Shown: positions 8,493 through 16,161, numbered from the stretch's first letter. The stretch: DNA of 18,144 nt from Thermoproteota archaeon (GCA_027491395.1 JAOZFI010000022.1:1-18144), one strand, 5' to 3'. Notes: a model not told the origin generated them from the sequence alone. Numbers and translations are program-made.

Positions 8493-9869
8493 TTACCTCT
8501 TATACCAGTTCTCGGCTGGGTATATTGGGCTCGCCTGAGCCGCCTCCGGCGGATAAACTATCTTCTTCTCACCAGCCTGCCACTGCACGACCACCATCTG
8601 GTGGCCCACCTGCAGTCCGGTGGCTGGATCTATCTTGAGCCTCCCGAAGAAGGTCATTATGTCCACCTTGTTGAAGGCCGCCCTGACGGCGTCAGAGTCC
8701 AAGCTTCCAGCGACCTCTATCGCCTTAGCTAGGTGCAGTATGGCGGCTGTGGCTTCGGCAGCGTGGTAGTCAGGCATACCCCCTCCGGAGACCTCCTTGT
8801 ACATCTGTATGTATTCCTCGTTGGTTGGCCCGAACCATTCTATCCCGAGCTTCTTGGCAGCTTCTGGACTGTACTTGACCCCTACCTCCCACTGAGCAGG
8901 GTACATCACACCGTCAGCGGCCTCCTTCAGCTGTTCCTTGAATTCGGCCAGCGCAGGTGCCACTATTATGCCTATGCCCTTCAGCTTCCATCCGAGCTGC
9001 CAAGCCTGCTGCACTAGAGCAGTACCATCAGCGAAGTGACCACCACCGAGGAGCACTTCAGCACCGGCAGCCATTGCCTCGTTTATTATGGATCCGAACT
9101 CTGTGGCTCCCTTCTCGTAGGGCTTCTCGTAGACTAGTTTGAGACCCTTCTTCTGGATCTCATCTTTGGCTCCCTTGGCCACGGTGGCGGCGAAAGCGGC
9201 GTTCTCGTATATCAGGGCGACCTTGGCGTTCGGATCCTTCTCGGCTATGAGGTCCACCACGCTCCTCAGGTAGGTGGAGGCCGGGCTCAGAGTCTGTACC
9301 ACGTACTTGTAACCCTGCTGGAAGATGGAGTCGCTTGCGCCTCCATGGCTCACCATGATTATCTTGTTCTGCTCTGCCACGGGAGCGGCGGCCTTCGTCA
9401 GGCCAGATGAGTACGGGGCTAGCAGGAAGTTCACTTTGTCCTCTGTTATCAGCTTGCTGTAAAGCTCAGGCACTCTCTGACTACTGCTTTCGTCGTCATA
9501 ATACTTCAGTTCGACCTTGTAAACCTTATCTCCAACCTTTATACCTCCATGCACCTCGTTCAGCCACCTTATAGCGACCTTAAACCCGTTCAGAGCGTAC
9601 TCTCCCTCATGGGCGAACTTGCCCTTCAGGGAGATCGTGGTACCTATGTAGATAGTGCCAGCAAATCCCGTTGGTTTCTGAGTGGTGGTTGGGGTGGTGG
9701 TTGGCGCTGCGGGGGTGATCGTCTTGGTGACCGTGACAACCTTGCTTTGGGTGAAAGTAGTCGTAACCACCTGTCCAGGTGAAGACATCGCGATTGCGGC
9801 GCCCACGATAAGGCCTATTACTAGAAACGCTATCGCGGTCACATACTTGGAAACTCCATACCTCTTCAT
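8493..9869 (-). CDS. livK: HAAT ABC transporter substrate-binding protein (type 1 periplasmic fold), membrane-anchored with Thr-rich linker
   Basis: N-terminal hydrophobic anchor and Thr/Pro linker, then IG...SL.G.FA..G, YDDES, LI..DKV.FLL.PYSS, T.FG...D..G. First gene of the liv operon; the exact ligand cannot be determined. Confidence 0.88.
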   Translation of the reverse strand: MKRYGVSKYVTAIAFLVIGLIVGAAIAMSSPGQVVTTTFTQSKVVTVTKTITPAAPTTTPTTTQKPTGFAGTIYIGTTISLKGKFAHEGEYALNGFKVAIRWLNEVHGGIKVGDKVYKVELKYYDDESSSQRVPELYSKLITEDKVNFLLAPYSSGLTKAAAPVAEQNKIIMVSHGGASDSIFQQGYKYVVQTLSPASTYLRSVVDLIAEKDPNAKVALIYENAAFAATVAKGAKDEIQKKGLKLVYEKPYEKGATEFGSIINEAMAAGAEVLLGGGHFADGTALVQQAWQLGWKLKGIGIIVAPALAEFKEQLKEAADGVMYPAQWEVGVKYSPEAAKKLGIEWFGPTNEEYIQMYKEVSGGGMPDYHAAEATAAILHLAKAIEVAGSLDSDAVRAAFNKVDIMTFFGRLKIDPATGLQVGHQMVVVQWQAGEKKIVYPPEAAQASPIYPAENWYKR

Positions 9870-9937
9870 GGGAAGTAACCTCCCTTTTCACACAAGATGT
9901 GCGGGAAGGGTGCTATTACGTGCTCTGGAACGCTTAC

Positions 9938-9944
9938 TTATAAA
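9938..9944 (-). promoter_or_regulatory. TATA box of the liv operon
   Basis: Minus-strand TTTATAA about 70 nt upstream of the ATG at 9869, predicting a leader of roughly 40-45 nt that contains the SD GGGAGGT. Confidence 0.55.
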
Positions 9945-10224
9945 TACTGCCTTATCGTGAACATTAATTAAGATGATTAACTTATCAATGCGTAAGAGAA
10001 ACTAACGACTTCACTCACTTAATTAAAAACTATTAATTTTCTAGTCGCACAATACCGGTTGTCAAGCCTCACTAAACCTGCGGTAAACGGGCTTATTTCC
10101 TAGAAGCGCGATGAAGTATTTTACCTCATTGAGACCTGTGTAATAGAACAGTTTAAAAAATGATCATACGTGATCTCCACCAACGCTTAATAGAATCTAT
10201 CGCATCACGGGCTGGTAGACTGCA

Positions 10225-11592
10225 ATGAAGATAGCCATGATCTTGGCTGGTGGTTTCGGAACTAGACTCTGGCCGCTCAGCCGTAAAGAATATCCAAAAC
10301 AGTTTGCCAAGGTTCTAGGTGATCTTTCCACCTATCAGCAGGCCCTCAAGCGGGCCACCATTGTGGCCGATGACGTGATGGTTGTGACGTCGGAGATGTA
10401 CAAGTATCAAGCGATAGGTCAGGCCAGGGAAATGGACATAGATCTGGACGAGAAGAAGGTCATTTTAGAGCCTGATAGGAAGGATACGGCGTCCGCGATC
10501 TACTACGGGCTCATAAGGGCCATGGACCTGTTCGGCTCCTCCATCGATGTAATGGTCTTCCCGTCAGATCACATGATCCTGAATGAGTCGGAGTTGTTCA
10601 GGGCACTCTCCTCCTCCCTCAAGTCCGCAGAGCATGGAAGGATATCCCTCATCTCCGTTCCTCCATCGAAGCCCGAACCCGGGTTCGGTTACATAAAGGC
10701 TGGGAGGGAAATCGATGAGGGAGTTTACGAGGTAGAGGAGTTTGTCGAGAAGCCAGGAGTTGAGCGTGCGAGGGAGATGTTGGAGGAGGGAAACTGGTAC
10801 TGGAGCACCATGATCATGTCGTTCAAAGCCCATATAATGGTGAAGGCTATTGAAGAGAATCTACCCGGGGTTTCGGAGCCCTTCAAAAGATTTGATGATC
10901 CAAGGGAAGCGTACAGGAATGTTCAGAAGGTAGATGTGAGCTCAGGAGTGCTAGCCAAGGTGCCACACCTGCTATCCATCGTTCCCACGAAGAATTTAGG
11001 ATGGAGCGACCTAGGAAGTTTCGACTCGATATATGAACTTCTGGATAAGGATGACAGGGGAAACGCCATAAGCGGACGTGTGAAGCATGCTAAGTCCGAT
11101 GGAAACTTGGTACTGTCGAAGAGATTGGTCGCCTTGGTCGGTGTCCGGGACATGATTGTGGTGGATGACGAGGACGCTATTCTGGTGATGCCCAAGGGGA
11201 GGGGACAGGAACTCAGGGGACTCGTCGAAACCATGCTCAGGGAGAATGTGCCTGAGGTGCTGAGGCACAGAGTTTCTTACGAGCCATGGGGAACTAAGAC
11301 TACCCTCCTCAGGGGAGAGGGTTATGAGGTGAGCAGGCTGAGGATATATCCGGGGAAGGGGTTAGGGCCTAGGAAGCATTACCACAGGAGCATCTACTGG
11401 CAGGTGCTCACCGGAACCGCCAGAGTCATGATCAACGGGGAAGAGAGGGTAATAACTAGGGGAAAGGGGGCAGAGGTGCCCGTGGGGTACTCTTACACGC
11501 TGGAGAATCCCGGGAAGATACTCCTAGACATAATAGAGATCGCCACAGGAGAGTACTTAGGGAGCGACGACGTGGACGAATCAGGTTTTTAA
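10225..11592 (+). CDS. manC: Mannose-1-phosphate guanylyltransferase/mannose-6-phosphate isomerase-like protein (ManC/CpsB family, divergent)
   Basis: ILAGGFGTRLWPLSR..YPKQF, PSDH, FGYI, FVEKP, WSDLGS, D..GN beta-helix region, DAILV, and a C-terminal cupin PWG...PG....HYHRS..W....GTA...L.NPG...L.IIE...GEYLG.DD. Confidence 0.85.
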   Translation: MKIAMILAGGFGTRLWPLSRKEYPKQFAKVLGDLSTYQQALKRATIVADDVMVVTSEMYKYQAIGQAREMDIDLDEKKVILEPDRKDTASAIYYGLIRAMDLFGSSIDVMVFPSDHMILNESELFRALSSSLKSAEHGRISLISVPPSKPEPGFGYIKAGREIDEGVYEVEEFVEKPGVERAREMLEEGNWYWSTMIMSFKAHIMVKAIEENLPGVSEPFKRFDDPREAYRNVQKVDVSSGVLAKVPHLLSIVPTKNLGWSDLGSFDSIYELLDKDDRGNAISGRVKHAKSDGNLVLSKRLVALVGVRDMIVVDDEDAILVMPKGRGQELRGLVETMLRENVPEVLRHRVSYEPWGTKTTLLRGEGYEVSRLRIYPGKGLGPRKHYHRSIYWQVLTGTARVMINGEERVITRGKGAEVPVGYSYTLENPGKILLDIIEIATGEYLGSDDVDESGF

Positions 11593-11616
11593 CCTTGCCT
11601 TTGGGGAAGGAGAGGA

Positions 11617-12819
11617 ATGGCCTCAGAGGGTGAGCCAAGGAGCGTAAGGGATATCTTGGTCGAGATGAAGGACGCATCCGAGTTCGCCTTGAGTCTCGCA
11701 TACGCCTCTCTAATGTATCAAGACAGGGAGTTAGCTGAGGAGGTCTTAGGTCTGGAATCAGAGCTCGATGAACTGAGATATAACCTCTTCAAGATGACAA
11801 TAGTCGCTGGTAGATCTCCCAAAGAGGCTGAGGAACTCGCTGCCCTGCTGGACATAGGCATAGCTGTGGACGAAATATCGGATGCAATGGCTGACCTTGT
11901 GAGACTGGTTCTTAAAGGATACCCCGTCCATCCAGCCTTAAGCTGGATGCTCTACACAGCAGAGGAAATTATAGGGCTCGTGAGGATAGAGGAAGCGTCT
12001 CCTCTAATATCCATGAGGGGTGAGGATCTGTACGATCCCGCGAACATGGCCGGCTGCGAGGTACTAGCTGTTAAGAAGAAGGGAAGGTGGATATTTGATG
12101 TTCCGCCCGACTTAGAGCTTGAGGTAGGGGATCTGCTTCTACTGGAAGGCACAAAGGACAGCATAGAGACGGCTAGGGCCTTAGCTCGAGGGGAGAACTC
12201 CAAGCCTGTGATACCAGAGAGACCATTGGAGAAGGTCGATGAGGCCTCTAAAGAGATAGCTGAGAGGCTGAACAGCATGAAAAGCCTGTCGGAGCTCGCA
12301 ATATACCTTGCCTACGCTTCCATCCTCTATAATAATCCAGCTATGGCTTCTGAAGTATCTAGACTGGAAGACGAGCTCGACGAACTGGAAGACGAGCTCT
12401 TCGCCAAAGTGATCACGGACCTCCTCCCGAGCTCGAGACCTGAGGAGATCATACCGCTTATAAGGGCAGCATCAGCATCTGAAAGGCTAGGGGATGCAGC
12501 CTCTAGGATGGCCCTAATAGTGGAGAGAGGAGTTCCAGCTCATCCAGTCTTGGAAATCGTGGTGGAGGAGAGCGAAGATACCGTGGTGAGGGTAGCTCTG
12601 AGGGAGGATAGCGAGGCGGTGGGGTGGAGGATAGGGGATCTAGACCTAGAGGAGAAGACAGGTATGTGGATACTTGCTATAAAGAGAGGAGTCAGGTGGA
12701 TATACGCACCTAAGGACGAGGAGATTCTTAGAGAGGGCGATATCCTGATCCTGACCGGACCGAAGGAGGGAGTAGAGGACGCAATAAATGTGTTAGGAGG
12801 GGAAGTGCTGGAGGATTGA
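11617..12819 (+). CDS. Tandem PhoU-like + TrkA-C (RCK_C) domain protein, internally duplicated; putative ion-transport regulator
   Basis: Two repeats, each with MK..SE.A..LAYAS..Y.....A.EV..LE.ELDEL (PhoU-like bundle) followed by G...LA.K....WI.......L..GD.L.L.G (TrkA-C). No transmembrane segments. Confidence 0.85.
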   Translation: MASEGEPRSVRDILVEMKDASEFALSLAYASLMYQDRELAEEVLGLESELDELRYNLFKMTIVAGRSPKEAEELAALLDIGIAVDEISDAMADLVRLVLKGYPVHPALSWMLYTAEEIIGLVRIEEASPLISMRGEDLYDPANMAGCEVLAVKKKGRWIFDVPPDLELEVGDLLLLEGTKDSIETARALARGENSKPVIPERPLEKVDEASKEIAERLNSMKSLSELAIYLAYASILYNNPAMASEVSRLEDELDELEDELFAKVITDLLPSSRPEEIIPLIRAASASERLGDAASRMALIVERGVPAHPVLEIVVEESEDTVVRVALREDSEAVGWRIGDLDLEEKTGMWILAIKRGVRWIYAPKDEEILREGDILILTGPKEGVEDAINVLGGEVLED

Positions 12820-12822
12820 AGA

Positions 12823-13716
12823 TCAGTTTTTAAACCTAGGAGCCTTTTTCCTCCTTATCTCCTCTATCAGCTTGGGGACCACCTCGTAAAGATCGGCCAC
12901 AACGAAGTAGTCGCTCACCTCTGATATAGGAGCATCGGGATCCGTATTTACTGATATAACCGTTTCTGCGTCCCTGAAACCGACAACATGCTGTATCTGG
13001 CCGGAGATACCTAAGGCTAGGTAGATCCTCGGCTTCACTCTCACACCGGTCATTCCAACGTGCCTCTCCTCGGGCAGCCACTTGAAGTCCGCAGAGATGG
13101 GCCTGGTGCACGCGATCTCCGCGCCCAGAAGGGATGCTAACTCCTTTATCATCTCTAGATCCTCCTTCTTCTTGAGGCCCCTGCCGACGGACACGATTAT
13201 CTCTGCCTTTGAGAGGTCGACCTCTGCCTCCCTCTCCCTCCTCTCAAGCAAGTTGATCCTCGGGGAACAATCCACCTTCAACTCCTCTACTGACGAGGGG
13301 TCCCCACCCTCGGAAATAGGCTCGAATGCATCCAAGTCTATGGTGATGATGGCGGGAAGAGGAGCCTTCAGCTTCTCGACGCCCCTCCCGCTGAACACCA
13401 TCCTCGATATCACCAACTGACCGCCTAGCTCGAACTCTCGGACATCTGACAGGTAAGAAATCCCTTTGCGAGCGGCTACCCTAGCTCCTATCTCCTTGAA
13501 GTCCCTTGTTGAGGGAAGAAGCATCAAATCGAATTCTCTCTCACTCAAGGCGCTGGTCCAGCAGTCATTAAGAGTCAGATCAGCGATTACTAGCTTATCA
13601 ACTGGTATAGAGACCCTGTCAGTACTTACAGCCTCAATGACCTCGGGAGACAGGGACTTAGCGGCACCAACCAGCTTGGGCAGGTGGGACGGGTCGGAGG
13701 CCACAACTACCTTCAT
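12823..13716 (-). CDS. etfA: Electron transfer flavoprotein alpha subunit (FixB-like)
   Basis: DL..AEIIVSVGRG, ACTRP, VG.TG..VKP.IYLALGISGQIQH..G, VN.DPDAPI...SDY.VVADL. Confidence 0.94.
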   Translation of the reverse strand: MKVVVASDPSHLPKLVGAAKSLSPEVIEAVSTDRVSIPVDKLVIADLTLNDCWTSALSEREFDLMLLPSTRDFKEIGARVAARKGISYLSDVREFELGGQLVISRMVFSGRGVEKLKAPLPAIITIDLDAFEPISEGGDPSSVEELKVDCSPRINLLERREREAEVDLSKAEIIVSVGRGLKKKEDLEMIKELASLLGAEIACTRPISADFKWLPEERHVGMTGVRVKPRIYLALGISGQIQHVVGFRDAETVISVNTDPDAPISEVSDYFVVADLYEVVPKLIEEIRRKKAPRFKN

Positions 13717-14477
13717 CAGATCACCCCCTTCTCCTCTAGGACTTTCACTATCCTATCTACCACCTCGTCCACTCCTCCCTCAATCTTCTCCCTTCTCCTC
13801 TCTTTCACATAAGCCTTCATCTCCACCAGCTCTATGGGAGGAAACTTCAGATCAAGTTCAGAGGCATCTACTGTGCTCCTCTCCTTCTTACCAGCCTTCA
13901 TTATCTGGAGGACCGTTGGGATCCTCGGCTCATTGACCTCCGAGGTTACTGAGATGACCGCAGGGAGCGGAACTTCCGCGGTCTCGAAGCCCCATTCTAA
14001 GTATCTCTCCACGACGAGCTTGTCCTCCTTTACCTCCAACCTCCCCACAAATGTCGCCACCGGAAGGGACAGTATCTCGGCGATCATCGCTGGCAGGGCA
14101 CAGCTGTACTGATCGGAAGAGCCTTCCCCGCACACCACGAGATCGGGATTGATCCCATCCCTCTCTAGGGCTTTCACTATGGCCTGAGCTGTCCTATAGG
14201 GGTTATGCCCTTTAACGACATCTCCTTCCACGATTAGAGCTCTATCAGCCCCCATGGCGAGGGCTTCCTTCAAGATAGCCTCATCGAAGGATCCTGTAAC
14301 AACGACAGCTAGAGTCACTCTTCCACCGAGCTCCTCCTTTATCTTGACAGCTTCCTCGATTGCATTCCTGTCTATATCACTTATCTTCACAGGAGCTTGA
14401 TCAACTAGGAGGCGATCCCCCTCCACAGGCATCTGGGTCTCATCGTAAACCAACTTAACGCATGCCACGACCTCCAA
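13716..14477 (-). CDS. etfB: Electron transfer flavoprotein beta subunit (FixA-like)
   Basis: VACVK, D.NAIEEAVKIKE, ALAMGADRA, DLVVCG..SSD, LPAVISV....NEPR.P. TTG start; 1-nt (TGATG) overlap with etfA. Confidence 0.94.
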   Translation of the reverse strand: MEVVACVKLVYDETQMPVEGDRLLVDQAPVKISDIDRNAIEEAVKIKEELGGRVTLAVVVTGSFDEAILKEALAMGADRALIVEGDVVKGHNPYRTAQAIVKALERDGINPDLVVCGEGSSDQYSCALPAMIAEILSLPVATFVGRLEVKEDKLVVERYLEWGFETAEVPLPAVISVTSEVNEPRIPTVLQIMKAGKKERSTVDASELDLKFPPIELVEMKAYVKERRREKIEGGVDEVVDRIVKVLEEKGVI

Positions 14478-14547
14478 GGAAATCCCCGAACTCCAGCTGG
14501 GTTTATTTTTTAAACATAAAAGAAGGTGGAATCTTTAATTGAATAGT

Positions 14548-15549
14548 TCAGGAGGGAAGGACCCTCCACAGCTCATCCATAACTGGCTCACTGACATCCT
14601 CTGCTATGCCGTTGGCTCTTACGAGCCTCATCCCCTCCTCTCTCCCCGTTAATCTGCCTATTACGGAGGCATCTATCCCTCCCCTCTTGAGCTCGCTGAT
14701 CAGCTCGTCTGCCCTCTCCTCGCTCACGGATATGAGGAGGCTCCCTGAGCTTATCAGCCTCAAAGGATCTATCTCCAGCGCCTCGCATACAGCGAGCGTT
14801 TCTTCCCTCAGGGGTATATTCTCCTCATATATTACGAACCCGTTCCCCGAGGCTAGAGCCATCTCTTGTACTCCCCCGATAAGTCCACCCTCTGTAGGAT
14901 CGTGCATCGCCCTAGCTAGGTTAGCAGCTAACATAGCATCTCTCACAACGCTTATCTCCCTTATGAACCCAGATGCCCTGTCTAGGATATAAGGATCCAC
15001 GCCCTTCTCCTCCAAGAGGTCTCTCAGCTCGGTGGCTAGGATGGCGGTCCCTTCCAATGCAGCAGCTTTGGTCAGGATGAGGGAGTCGCCCTCCATGGCG
15101 TCTCTGGTGTTGAGAACCATCCCGCCAGCCCCCATGGCCGTAGTCACCACTACGTTGAACGGAAGTCCGGGGGTGATCTCTGTGTGTCCGCCGATCACCA
15201 CGGCACCTATCTCCCTAGCCGCCTCCCCTATCTGATCTACTAGCTCAGAGATCTCGCTCTCATCCACGCCATCCCTGAGGAGCAAGACTACGAGCAGCCA
15301 CTTAGGCCTCAGACCTCTTGTCGCTATGTCGTTGGATGCCACGTATACAGAGAGCCAGCCGGCTAGCTTCCCGCCTCCCGTCACCGGATCTGAGTGCACA
15401 GCCAGCAGAGGTTCTTTCACCTCAAGTATAGCGGCATCTTCGCCCAAGGAGGGGCCTAACAAGACCTCATCACCTTCGATCGGTAGCTTCCCTACGATGT
15501 TTCTGAAAAGGAAGTCTGGAGGGAGCTTTCCCCTATGTTTCACAACCAT
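14548..15549 (-). CDS. AIR synthase (PurM/HypE/ThiL/SelD) superfamily protein of unknown function
   Basis: GKL, GP..GEDAA, SDPVTG, NDIAT.G..P, IGGHTE.TPG, MHDPTEGG, DPL.LISSGSLL, IG, C-terminal DELW. It lacks the HypE terminal PRIC. Confidence 0.88.
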   Translation of the reverse strand: MVVKHRGKLPPDFLFRNIVGKLPIEGDEVLLGPSLGEDAAILEVKEPLLAVHSDPVTGGGKLAGWLSVYVASNDIATRGLRPKWLLVVLLLRDGVDESEISELVDQIGEAAREIGAVVIGGHTEITPGLPFNVVVTTAMGAGGMVLNTRDAMEGDSLILTKAAALEGTAILATELRDLLEEKGVDPYILDRASGFIREISVVRDAMLAANLARAMHDPTEGGLIGGVQEMALASGNGFVIYEENIPLREETLAVCEALEIDPLRLISSGSLLISVSEERADELISELKRGGIDASVIGRLTGREEGMRLVRANGIAEDVSEPVMDELWRVLPS

Positions 15550-16067
15550 TCCCCTAACGCCCTCCTGATGACGGGGGCGAGCAGGTAGGAGAAAATTATT
15601 CCCGATACTGCTTGGAATGTGTTACCCGGCACCTCCTGAAGGGCTCCCCCTAGGCCGTAGAGGTACCATTCCACTACGAAGTAACCAGCTACCATCTCAG
15701 CGCCAGCAACGGCTAAGATTAACAAGGAAATCACTTTGCCCTTCCCTTTGGCAATGCCCGCTAGGAGTCCCTCTACACCCTTTATCACCAAAGTAAACGG
15801 TGCCCAGTGACCGTATCCACTCAGCAGGTCCGCCAATGCCGATCCTATTCCGCCCGAGAGGGATCCCACTACGGGCCCAAAGAGGATCCCTGAGAGCATG
15901 ACGATGGTATCTCCCAAGTTTATGTAACCTTGAGTCGCTGGTGTGGGGACCTGGATCACCATCGTGGCTACTGCCGCCAGAGCAGCCATAACACCAATGG
16001 TTGCAACGCCCCTAGACGATGCGACACTTCGAGAGACCTTGGTATCGACCTCTTCCCTTAAAGTCAA
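15540..16067 (-). CDS. ECF transporter substrate-specific (S) component
   Basis: About 175 aa, hydrophobic, with motifs AAL..V.T..I.VP.P...GYINLGD, GP..G...GGIGSALADL..GY..WAPFTLVIKG.EG and N..Q. TTG start after GGGTGAG; 10-nt overlap with the downstream gene. Confidence 0.88.
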   Translation of the reverse strand: MTLREEVDTKVSRSVASSRGVATIGVMAALAAVATMVIQVPTPATQGYINLGDTIVMLSGILFGPVVGSLSGGIGSALADLLSGYGHWAPFTLVIKGVEGLLAGIAKGKGKVISLLILAVAGAEMVAGYFVVEWYLYGLGGALQEVPGNTFQAVSGIIFSYLLAPVIRRALGEWL

Positions 16068-16161
16068 GTTCTCACCCGAGGAGCCGCCTCACGTTCCAGT
16101 TAAACTGGTTGTTGAACGTTGTAGTCCTTTAAAGCATCCAAATGAATACTTAAATAATTCC

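Noticed and set aside
10107-10164. Possible C/D-box sRNA (GCGATGA...TTGA...ATGA) in the liv-manC intergenic region
   Set aside because: All boxes are degenerate, there is no CTGA D box, and I recognise no rRNA or tRNA complementarity in the putative guides.
12363-12399. Perfect 16-bp direct repeat ACTGGAAGACGAGCTC with 21-nt period
   Set aside because: It is an in-frame heptad (LEDELDE-LEDEL) of the PhoU helix, the same length as the first protein repeat, with only two copies. It is not a CRISPR or a target-site duplication.
11617-12819. Potassium channel annotation
   Set aside because: There are no transmembrane helices or GYG filter; it has only soluble PhoU-like and TrkA-C domains.
14548-15549. 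Hydrogenase maturation factor HypE
   Set aside because: It lacks the essential C-terminal PR(I/V)C and has no hyp or hydrogenase genes nearby.
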